This document shows positions 1 through 10,405 of a stretch of DNA of 60,427 nt, piece by piece. The notes beneath the pieces are model-generated. The model ran no database searches and was not told the origin of the DNA. It saw only the letters and a program-made list of their open reading frames with translations. Both the position numbers and the translations under genes were made by a program. The stretch lies in assembly GCF_001194135.2 (NCBI RefSeq), contig NC_068985.1:42013134-42073560 (forward strand), given 5' to 3'. This DNA comes from Octopus bimaculoides (lineage: Eukaryota). Each line of letters starts with the position of its first letter. Position 1 is the stretch's first letter.

Positions 1-39
<39 letters not shown>

Positions 40-40
<1 letters not shown>

Positions 41-695
41 GAATATAAACTACATGGTTTTTATGGATATACCTATTATTTTAAGGAAATCAATCCCCCA
101 AAATATTAGGTATTGAACCAGTATTAGTTAGGATAATGAACAACGTGTCCCTACCATGTGAACCCTATAAAACAAAAAAAGAAAACATATACAGAACTTC
201 TGCGCAGCATGCAGTTCTCTGGATATGATCAGAAAGATAGGGTTCGAGTATACAGGGGTGCTAGAAGGAAATTAGATAACATTATACATAATGATACCAG
301 TGGTACCTGCCCTAGATATAGAAACAAAGACTGGAAGAGGATCCAAAGAAGTTGTGAAAGTAAGTAAACAGGGCAAACACGTGATATAAAGTTGACAAAT
401 ATAAAGGAGTGATGTTTGTAGAAGCCACAGCATATGGAGAACTAGCCCGTAGATTTAGAAAAGCTCTGAAGGAAACCAAACTCAACATTAAGATTTTTGA
501 AAAGCCAGGGAACTCCATCAGATCACAAATATGTAGGACATATCTCTTTGAGAATACCATATGCACCAATGATAACTGCATGGTATTGTAGGATTAGCCC
601 TAGCATTAACTGTAGAACTAGAAATGTAGTTTACAGCATAAGATACATAGAAGGTACTTGTAAAAACATTTTAACATTCAGAATGACAGAGTAAT
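40..695 (+). mobile_element. Penelope-like retroelement 3' fragment (RT thumb to GIY-YIG endonuclease), degraded
   Basis: ORF pieces FSGYDQKDRVRVY and IKIFEKPGNSIRSQICRT...CTNDNC..CRTRNVVYSI are typical of the PLE linker/EN region. Confidence 0.7.
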
Positions 696-1255
696 AGAAG
701 CTAGAAGGCCTGATTTAGTAGTAGTAGATAAAGGGAATAGAAAGTATCAAATGATGAGGAAGTCAATATGAAAGGTATAGAGAAAATAGCTACGTACCTG
801 TACCTAGCCACTAATTTACAGAGGCTATGGAAAGTGCAGTTAGGAACTGAATTCTGGTAAAAATGTCACAGTTGAAAAGGCACGAAAAAAAAAATCACAG
901 GGAAAAAGTCATAGGGGTTTTGTCTGGGATCTGGGGTTTTGTCCGGATCCCATAAATTAATTGTAACTTTTTTTGGCATAGCTAACTGTAGTTATACCAC
1001 TTTTTTTCCTGTGATTTTATAACCGGCCACCATAAATTAATTGTGACTTTTTTTGAGCCAAAACTGTGACTTTATTATCGGTCACCATAGGAACTATCCC
1101 TAAAAATTTGAACAGTCGGATAAAGTAAATAGGCATAAAACCTAGTTTAGTGCAGCACCAGAAACCAGTGTTATTAGGACAGCTAGAGGATACTTAGGAA
1201 GGTTCTTGGTTACTTAGGAAGCTCTAAGGTTACTTGTAGCCTGAAGTTAGGAGTT
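692..1255 (+). mobile_element. R4/Dong-like non-LTR element, REL endonuclease remnant, interrupted by a small insert (~860-1075)
   Basis: IEARRPDLVVVDK followed later by a GTIPKNL-like segment. An (AAC)n(AAT)n microsatellite lies just downstream. Confidence 0.6.
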
Positions 1256-1351
1256 TTTTCTTTTCCAACAGACTAATTTGTTGTGTATGTGGAACAACAA
1301 CAACAACAATAATAATAATAATGATTATCATTATTATTATTATTATTATTA

Positions 1352-1545
1352 TTTCAAACTTTTGCCACAAGAGCAGCTTGGAGGAGGTGGGGATGAATCG
1401 ATTACACAGGCCTCAGTGTTCAACTAGTACTTATTTTATCGGCTCCAAAAGGATGAAAGGCAAAGTCGACCTCGGCAGAATTTGAACTCAAAACGTAAAG
1501 ACGGACGAAATGCTGCTAGAAAATTTTCCAGTTAACGACCAACTC
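1352..1545 (-). mobile_element. CORE-like SINE (related copies ~20835-21048 -, ~31198-31408 -, ~39905-40030 +, ~45705-45903 -)
   Basis: Recurrent motif aaggatgaaaggcaaagtcgacctcggcagaatttgaactc in five places. Confidence 0.8.
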
Positions 1546-2864
1546 GCGCTTATGTGCTAGTGTTGAGTGACTATGGTTGTCGATCTTCTTGTTTATTATT
1601 ACTAATGGTAGTAACAGTAGAACATGATGACGAGTCATTTGTGGTGTTTTGAGAAAATACGAAATATGTATAGCTGGACTGTGAAGGACCGTTGATTGTG
1701 TAATTTAATTGCTTATCAATTGAGATAGTATTGAGGAGTAATCGTAAACGCTGGTCATTACTGTTGTAGTTGGACTGTATTTGGAGGACATACATATTGA
1801 ATCTTCTCACGAGATTTTAATTTGTTTGAGATTGTTGAGTAACCGCTTCTCCGATAGGTTATTGAACAGTCTGAGTATTCTTTTAGCAACATAATTCACA
1901 CATATAACATCCATAACAAGTTTAGTAAAGACTAAACTGTGAATTTATGTGAATGGATCTTTTCTATTGTTGCAAAACGTTGTTTCAATTATTTTCAAAT
2001 TTAGTGTTCCGATTTAATTTTGTATGTTAATTATGAAAATGAAATTCATTTCCCCCCACAAATTAATAAATAAAACGTTTATAGCATTTAAAGTTTTTAA
2101 ATGTTCGAGTAATTTTAGCCAATCGAAAGTCACAGATATTTTGGTGCCTGTTTCCATAGTAACGAGCGTCTGTTGAAAATTGATGAACATCTCTTATGAA
2201 AAGGGTCCTATTAAAAAAACGGATGCATACAATAACCAAAAGTTTTAGAATCGGAAATCTGTTACTGTCTACGTGTTGATACCAACAAACTTTAAGTGGT
2301 AAGAAACTCTCAAGAGAGCTGAACAGCATGTCGGGAAGAAACCCCACTCAGGCAACTGTTTCGTTCCTTAACTTCTTACACTCTAAGTAGGCCGAGCCGC
2401 ATCTAGGTCGTGTCTCCTGGGTGACCTCCTACTCACTTTTTAGCTACTTGGTTATCAGATATTTGTGCATTTAAACCGCCGGCGGAGTTTCGGACCAGGA
2501 CGCTCAAATCTCCCTTAAATCGCACACCTTTTCGAACGAGAAAAGGAATCATTAATTTTCAAAAAGTTTTTTCATAAAAAGACGCTGCCTCCCCATCATT
2601 TTCAAAGGCTATGGCGAAAAAAAAAAAGAATGGAAAAATCCCCGTTAAAAAGTGGGCGTCTTGATTCGAAATTCCGCCAAGAATTTTACAAATATTTTCC
2701 AGACGGTGTAGATTACGATTATATCGGAATTTAAGCTTACGTAGACAAGGGTCACTCCTGCCCCAACGAATTTGTGTTCTCGTAACGTTCAGAAAAATGG
2801 ACATTTTTAATGAATTTATTTTACAAATATGCTTCAGATGGTGCAGATACTGGTTATAAAGGAA

Positions 2865-3255
2865 TTTGTTACAAATTTTTTTTCCAAGGTTGAAGAGGGG
2901 AGTTTCTGAAAATTCTCAAAATCCGTCTTTGTTTCCTTGTAACTTTCAGAAAAATGGGTATTTTTTCATGAAATTTTCTGCAAATACCTTTCAGATCGCA
3001 ATTGAATATGAAAAAGAAAAAAGAAAGAAAAATTTGATGTGCTCGCACACATACATACTGACACAAATCACAATTTTTTTTTGAAATTTCAAGTTTCATT
3101 TCGTGATGTGTGTCAGTATGTATGTATGCCAGCCCACCAGTTTTTTTTTTTTCAAATTAAATTCTGAAGCATATTTATCGAAATTTCATTTAAAAACAGT
3201 CATTTTCTGGAAGTTATGAGGAAACAAAGTCAGGAGGTGCACACTTGTATAGGTA
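2865..3255. mobile_element. Non-autonomous TIR element (MITE-like); other copies at ~7690-7935 + 9505-9710 and ~46700-46925
   Basis: Inverted gtttcct.ataactt.cagaaaaatg motifs near both ends. The same motifs recur in the other copies. Confidence 0.55.
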
Positions 3256-3389
3256 TGCTAGAATTTAATGTGAAAGAAGTTGGAAAAACGGGCAGATATT
3301 TCATGGATCACGATTTTGTTTCTTCATGTGTTTTAATGGCGTAGACTACAACTATATTGAAAAAAAAAAAAAAAAAAGAAACTTTCGAG

Positions 3390-3640
3390 GTCTATTCAAC
3401 CATTTGCCTTCTGGAATTTGTGAAATGAATATTTTCTAATAAAATCCTGGTTAGACAAGTACTTGAACATCATCTTAGACAACATTCTGATGGGTGACAC
3501 TACCAGGAAGATAAGAACCATGACACAAATGGTATACCAGGTAGGCGAAGATACCTTTTGTGTGAAGGAAATCAAAAGTAACAAGCAGATCAGCCTTAGT
3601 AGGAGGCAGTGTTAGATGGCAGGATTGAGGAGACAGCTAA
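3390..3640 (+). mobile_element. Short R2/NeSL-like non-LTR fragment
   Basis: Translation LDNILMGDTTRKIRTMTQMVYQVGEDTFCVKE resembles the pre-RT region of such elements (from memory). Confidence 0.3.
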
Positions 3641-4098
3641 AAGGTAATCCTAACGAAATCAACACAATTTTTAAAAGGATTGAAGGTGAGCGAAACCAAT
3701 TTCTTTCAAACTTTGCAAGCTAAATGGCCTTCATATGAAACCTTTAAATATGAAATATCTTTTATCTGACTTTAATATTTGCTGAGGTATAACCATTTGA
3801 AATTTTCAAAGAAACGACATTTTTTTGGTTATTCAATACTTTGAGAAGTCATATCTCAGCTACAATTTGAGCTAGAAAGCTCAGTTTTTTTTCATTTTAA
3901 AGCATTTAAATAAATCTATAACTTTTGTTTAGTTAATTTTCCCTTACAACAAAAATAAAAAAGTTGACCTAAAATTTGACTTATCCTTTCATAGATTAAA
4001 AGATGTGGTCATTGAATTTTTTTTGAAATGTTCTCCAAATATTGCCCTACTTAGTCATAACTCACATAAAAATATTCATACTGGGATCTCAATGGGAA

Positions 4099-4484
4099 TT
4101 GCTGTTGGCACTCCGTCACTTACGACGTCGAGGGTTCCAGTTGATCCGATCAACGGAACAACCTGCTCGTGAAATTAACGTGCAAGTGGCTGAGCACTCC
4201 ACAGACACATGTACCCTTAACGTAGTTCTCGGGGATATTCAGCATGACACAGTGTGACATGGCTGACCCTTTGAATTACAGGCACAACAGAAACAGGAAG
4301 TAAGAGTGAGAGAAAGTTGTGATGAAAGAGTACAGCAGGGTTAACCACCATCCCCTGCCGGAGCCTCGTGGAGCTTTAGGTGTTTTCGCTCAATTCACAC
4401 TCTCAACGCCTGGTCTGGGAATCGAAACCGCGATCCTATGACTGCAAGTCCGCTGCCCTAACCACTGGGCCATTGCGCCTCCAC
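4099..4484 (-). mobile_element. tRNA-derived SINE, full length (related copies 18456-18782 -, 51930-52090 +)
   Basis: ggaggcgcaatggcccagtggttagggcagcggac head with A/B boxes. Near-identical body at 18456-18782. Confidence 0.85.
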
Positions 4485-4714
4485 ACTCAATGGGAATAAA
4501 TATAATTAAAGTGACAAGTAATGACAAATTATCAAAACTCACTCATTAAGCAAGACAATTTGAGCTTGAAGGGGAAAACTAAGTGCTGATTATCAAAATA
4601 AGCATTTTTATTATTTCAATAATAATGTCTACTTTAATAACTACTTTTCAGCTTTGCTCTGGTCAATGGTGGCAATGCCACTGCCAACACTAAGAATCAA
4701 AAACAAATTGTTGG

Positions 4715-5090
4715 TATCACCCTCCTGTGCAGGTGGCACGTAATACACCATTTCGAGCGTGGCCTTTGCCAGTATGACACCCGAGCGAGATCGTTGCCAG
4801 TGCCCCTGGACTGGCCCTTGTGCAGGTGACATGTAAAATACACCATTTCGAGCGAGGCCGTTGCCAGTACCCGCCTGACTGGCCCTCGTGCCGGTGGCAC
4901 GTAAAAGCACCCACTACATTCTCGGAGTGGTTGGCGTTAGGAAGGGCATCCAGCTGTAGAAACTCTGCCAAATCAGATTGGAGCCTGATGTCGCCTCCTG
5001 GTCCACCAGTCCTCACTCAAATCGTCCAACCCATGCTAGCATGGAAAGCGGACGTTAAACGACGGCGAAGATGATGATGATGATGATCCA
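4715..5090 (+). mobile_element. SINE with internal tandem repeats and (GAT)n tail (copies ~26500-26950 +, ~32890-33090 -, ~39295-39450 -, ~43390-43730 +)
   Basis: Shared ggagtggttggcgttaggaagggcatccagctgtagaaac...aacccatgctagcatggaaagcggacgttaaacgatgatg in several copies. Confidence 0.8.
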
Positions 5091-6579
5091 TCGCCAAAGG
5101 AGCCACTCCTGATAGCTTAACAGATGAAGTCACACGTCCTAACCTCCCACCCTTGCCTTGCTTTAAATGATTTAGGTACATGTTAGATGAAATTCTGAAA
5201 TCTTTGAAATTTAATGAGATAATTTCCATGAAATTAATAATTGTGGTGCATTTTTCTTTTCTTTTTCTGTCAAAGTATATGTTTTACCTGTAGCAGTTCT
5301 GGGGTTAAATTTACAAAGGATATCTAAATAACTCATTGTTAAAACATCTGACTTTCTAGGATACTGAAATGATGATGAGGGTCCTTTAGGTTCTAGAAAG
5401 GTGAGTTTTACTTGATTAGTTTCTGGGTATGTTTCTAGGACACAGGCTAACCACCAGTCATCATCATAAATTGCTGCTACAAACCCTTTTATATCCTCAA
5501 ATTGTTAGCATCTTACATGGAAATTCTAATTTTAGTATAATTATCTGTTGTAGATATCATTTTTACCTTAATTTCTGAAGGTGTGTTTGGGATAAAGCAT
5601 TGCAACTTTTCTGTCTCTGGAATTGTCTTTGCATTTCTAAATCTCTCTCTCAATAGATTTTCCTCATTCTGCATTTGATCATTTGAGGAGTAGATAAAAT
5701 TAATTCCAGGAATGTTTTGCTGACCATAATGATAAAGTTGTTTTGGAGTCATGATTTGTTCATTGAAAGGGCATAGTAAACTTGCCCGAGCTGCCATTTG
5801 TTTAATTGTACCTCCTAAATCATCACAAGGTCCCTAGCCATCAGAAGTAGCAAAGAAGTGCCACTCTGCATCAGTTTGGAAATCTATAGAATAGTAGTAT
5901 AAATTTATAAAATGCTTACAATTTTTATATTGTGTAGCAGCACCATCTGAAAAATAGATAATTTTGTTGATATTAAAGGTTTTGCCCCTGAGAAAATCTA
6001 TCAGCTTTTTTTGGAAGAGATGGACTGTTATTGTATCCTACTTCATACAGATGGATATAATAACAACATTGATGTTAGTTACATCATTGTTTTGTTTATA
6101 ATAAGAGAGAAATGGATGGATAGTGGTTTGGGCATTGTTCCAATGAAATCTGTGTACAGCATCTTGCAAGATGAGTGAATAATTCTCTGAAAAATCTATG
6201 ACTAAGATTTCTCCTTCACTTAAAGATTCTTTTCTTGAAGTACAAAATTTGGATTGTTCCTTTGCAATGAAATCATGTACTTTAAGTGCTTTAAGCTTTT
6301 GACAGAAAATTTCAACAAAATCGTCAATTGATTTTGATATATTTTCTAGGATTGTTCTGTCTGTTGTTTGCCATTGCTTATACTGTACTTTATTAATCAT
6401 ATTCACATTAAACATTTCATATAAGAATTTTCAAGCTCTTCTAGCAAAGAATTTCAATTTGAATAGTTACCCATGTAGCAGTCATTTTGTTTTGAGTTGC
6501 AAGTAATTGATTCTAAACATTGTTTATAATCAATCAAGTGAAACTTCATATCCTTGGTTAAATCAGATAGTTTCATGCC

Positions 6580-7300
6580 AGAAATCATTACAGTTCTATA
6601 TTTAAGAGATGAGGAATTATTTACATAATTTACATCCAGGAATGCTAGCTGATTGTCTTTTTCCTTTTCCATTGTGAACCGTATGGATGACTTTATTGAG
6701 TTCACATGATCTAATAACACTTGGACATCTTCCTAGTGGGGCCAGAGTATAAGGGTGTTGTCAACATATTGCAGCCATAAGATTGGTTTTAGTGGTGTTG
6801 ATCCTAAAGTCAAATTCTCAAAGTATTCCATTGGCTATTGGCTATTATCAGTGATAATGGCGAACCCATAGCTAAACCTTCTTGTTGATATATATCAGTG
6901 TCCATACTGAAGTGGTTAGTTTCTACACAGAAGGTCAACATTTCCATCAAGTTTCTTATTGGTATACTAGTGCGTTCTTTTAAATGGGTGTCTGTCACTA
7001 GTTTTTCTTGAACCACCAATAGTGCTTCACCAGTTGGGATTTTGGTGAACAGACTTATCACATCTAGACTCATCATTTGGTTGGATTCAATGGGGGTATC
7101 CTTGATCAATTCTGTAAAGTGGGTGGAATTCTTCATGTGCGATGTTGACTTTCCTGCTAATGGACTGATTATATCCACTATAGGTCTTAATGGAATACCA
7201 TCCTAGTGAATTTTATTAAGACCTATAGTGAGCTGTAGAGGTTCAGCATGTCGCCGCTTCCTTGTGGATATAATCAATCCATTTGCAGGAAAGTCAACCC
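6580..7300 (-). mobile_element. Penelope-like RT fragment
   Basis: SLDVISLFTKIP, QQEGLAMGSPLSLIIAN, WLQYVDNTLILW (PLE RT motifs). Confidence 0.85.
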
Positions 7301-7936
7301 TAACTCAGCAAATATTAGAGTCAGGTAAAAAAATATTTTATATTTAAGGGTTTCATATGAAGCCCATTTAGCATGCTAAGGTTGAAAGAAATTGGTTTCG
7401 GTACCTGTGTTGATTTCGCATCAAACGACCCTAAAGCAACTGAAGAAAAAAGAAATAGTCATGGCAGTTGAAAGTAGCTCAAGGTGGCTACAAGAGACTA
7501 CAAGTGGAACTCTTTCATAGGTGAGGACTAGCTGAGTCCTTGCTGCCCCACTCAGGCAAAGCGTACAGGCTAAGGGGTGACACACTTGTGATCCTGAGAT
7601 ACCTGCTAACAACACAGCATTATAATGGAATTAGGAGAGTTTTCAAAACCTCTGAGAAGCTTCTGCAGTTTCTGTACAGGGCAAAGCATCTCCAATGTTC
7701 ATTCCACCTGTATTCAAGGCATAACTACACAAATGTGTTCCCCACTCCTTCACCAGTTTTGTTTCATCGTAAGTTTCAGAAAAATGGATTTTCAATATAT
7801 ACACTTCAGATGATGCCAGTTCCAATTATTTTGGAATTTTCCGTGAAACATTTTTCAAAGGTGGATTATTCCCATGAGCCAGTTTGTGTCCACATAATTT
7901 TCAGAAAAATGGCTATTTTTTACGAAATTTTCTACA

Positions 7937-8594
7937 GGGGCAGGTGTGGCTGTGTGGTAAGTAGCTTGCCTACCAACCACATGGTTCTGGATTCAGTCCT
8001 ACTGTGTGGCATCTTGGGCAAGTGTCTTCTAGTATAGCCTCGGGCTGACCAAAGCCTTGTGAGTGGATATGGTAATAGAAACTCAAAGAAGCACATCGTA
8101 TATATATATATATATCAAAAAATAAGCAACACGAATTTCAAAGGTGATTGTAGTACGCACGTTTCATGCTACTTCAATTTATTTAAGTAATGCGAGCATT
8201 ACCTTAAATGCAATATGAAGAGTAATCTTCAGCTGCACGAAAATGTAGAAAAAAAGACATTATAAATGTGGCAACATTTCAAATCCAAGTGGGAGAGAGA
8301 ATACTTATGTATTCTTCCTCACATTTGGATTTTTACGTATTCTCTCTCCCACTTGGATTTGAAATGTTGCCACATTTATAATATGTCTTTTTTTCTACAT
8401 TTTCGTGCAGCTGAAGATTGCTCTTCATATTGCATTTAAGGTAATGCTCGCATTACTTAAATAAATTGAAGTAGCATGAAACGTGCGTACTGCAATCACC
8501 TTTGAAATCCATGTTACTTATTTTTTGATTTTAATCACCCATCCTTTTGGGATGCGATATTCGGGTGCCTACGCATAAGTACCATATTCAAGCC

Positions 8595-8638
<44 letters not shown>

Positions 8639-9505
8639 AATAATATATATATGCATATATACATACATATATGTACATATTTACATATATGTGTATATAC
8701 ATATGCATATATGGGTACAGGATGTCATAAAACATAAATAACATGAAATACGAAAACATGGAATACAATCTTCTTTTTGTGAACGACGAAAGAAACAAAT
8801 GGAAAACAAGGCAAGTAACATAAAGAACGACCCTTCATCAGTTGTCGGCTGTTGATCTACTCCATCTTTTGAGCAATTACGACAAGATTTGTCTTCGAGA
8901 AAACAGTTGCTCCTGCAAAGCAAAATAAAATTTGGGATTTGCAGAGGGTCAAAGTTGGTAACAAAAATCAGGACAGCAGAAACAAACAGTAAGGACTGCT
9001 AAGCTATAACGAGGTGAGGTGGCGAATGCGGGAGGAACAAACTTTGACAGGAGAAAAGATAGGAGAGGAGACAGACAAGAATGCGTCTGATCTATGTGGT
9101 AGATCAAAAGGAATGACACTCAAGTAGGAAAAGAAAGATGGCTGATGGTCATGTGTGAGCGATGAGAGTAAAGGAGGAAGAGTGAGAAAGAGAGAGGGAC
9201 ATAGAGAGTAGTGAAGGGGAGAGGAAAAGAATTAGAGAAAGGATGAGAGAGAAAAAACAAAAGGGGGAGAAGGGAAGATAAAAAGAATTAGTGTATATGT
9301 TTGTGTGTCTGTGTTTGTCCCCCCACCATCGCTTGACTACTGATGTTGATGTATTTACATCCCCATAACTTAGCGGTTTGGCAAATGCGATGACAGAATA
9401 AGTACTAGGCTTATAAAGAATAAGTTGTAGGGTCGATTTGTTTGACTGAAGGCGGTGCTCCAGCATGGCTGCAGTTAGATAACTGAAACAAGCAAAAGAA
9501 TAAAG
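7937..9505 (+). mobile_element. tRNA-head SINE split by ~1.2 kb of insertions in its central microsatellite (head 7937-8098, tail 9290-9505)
   Basis: Head ggctgtgtggtaag...ccttgtgagtggat and tail ccaccatcgcttgac...gactgaaacaag. Further copies at ~9750-9990 -, 43744-44113 +, 44420-44770 +, 46930-47235 -, 49155-49600 +, and 58343-59490 + across the gap. Confidence 0.8.
8114..8529. repeat. Fold-back element, ~190-bp inverted arms, 32-nt spacer
   Basis: 8114-8304 is a near-perfect reverse complement of 8337-8529. Confidence 0.9.
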
Positions 9506-9989
9506 ATACCTTTCAGATGTTCTAGATTATGATTATATAATAATTTAATATGCAAACAAAAAAATAAAAGAAGAAAATTGTGGGTGCACACACATACAAC
9601 TGACACTTATCACTTATATCTACAAAATGAAACTTAAAATTTTGGAAAAATTGCTATGAGTTTGTCAGTGTGTATTTGTGTGTGCCTACCAATTTTTTTT
9701 GAAGGTTCAGTTGGACAAATCACCTCCAGTGTTTATTTTAAGTGTGGTACTTACTCTATCTTCTCTTTTACTACACTGCTAAGTTAGAGGGATATCAACA
9801 AACCAACACAAGCTGTTATGTGTCAGGGACAAACACACACACACAATAGACTCCCACAAGGATTTGCAGGGTTAGGGCTTTAGTAAGAGACGCTTGACCA
9901 CCATGTTGCATAGTGGGACTGAACTTGTAACCATGTGGCTACAAAAGTAACTTCTTAACCATTCTACCATGCCTGTGCCTACATGTATA

Positions 9990-10235
9990 AGTTACAAGAC
10001 ACTTCTCCACTGTTCAATTCTATATTTAAGAGATGAGGAATTATGTACATTATTTGTATTTGATGGATATTTGTCCTCATCTTGTTTGTTGTTAACACAA
10101 CGTTTTGGCTGATATGCCCTCCAGCCTTCATTGGGTGTCTTTGGGGAAATTAACAGCAAACAAGATGAGGACAAATATCTGTCAAATGTAAATATTGTAC
10201 TTCTCACGGTTGTTTACATCAACAATTTGACAATC
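9990..10235 (-). mobile_element. Penelope pseudo-LTR-derived repeat with degenerate hammerhead motif
   Basis: Shares tatttaagagatgaggaattat with the end of the 6580-7300 PLE. Hammerhead-like core at 10091-10140. Confidence 0.6.
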
Positions 10236-10243
10236 ACCAATAT

Positions 10244-10295
<52 letters not shown>

Positions 10296-10368
10296 AAGTA
10301 AATGTCATTATATTTAAACTGAAATATTTTGGTTCCTCACTTCTTGAAAATTGTTTGTTTTCCAGATC

Positions 10369-10405
10369 ATGGAGATCATAGAATTCTGCTTCTTGGCAAT
10401 GACTT
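10369..10405 (+). CDS. Gene A coding exon 1 (signal peptide [12 protein letters not shown])
   Basis: ttccag|ATCATG acceptor (exon starts 10366) and T|GTAAGT donor. Homologous to 44166-44208 on -. Confidence 0.88.

Larger units (their letters stand above)
3654..7432 (-). mobile_element. Decayed DNA transposon with ~115-130 bp TIRs and DDE-type transposase remnant (5230-6450), carrying nested SINEs and a Penelope
   Basis: 3654-3786 is an inverted copy of 7304-7418. The internal - strand reads DFSENY, QDAVHRFHWNN, FSDGAATQYKN, AEWHFFATSDG*GPCDDLGGTIKQ. Confidence 0.7.

Noticed and set aside
1571-2347. Two short - strand ORFs (79 and 94 aa)
   Set aside because: No similarity to the Ig genes or to motifs I know. 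Part of the region recurs at ~48170-48230, suggesting repeat origin.
4410-4484. tRNA-like sequences with A/B boxes (also 18710-18782, 51930-52000)
   Set aside because: These are SINE heads continuing into SINE bodies, not standalone tRNA genes.
4720-4900. Repeat-spacer-like pattern (also ~26510-26780, 43400-43560) resembling CRISPR
   Set aside because: Degenerate tandem units inside a eukaryotic SINE, with no unique constant-length spacers and no cas genes.
4641-5074. Overlapping GC-richer ORFs with repeated peptides (also 26169-26783)
   Set aside because: They translate tandem repeats of a non-coding SINE.
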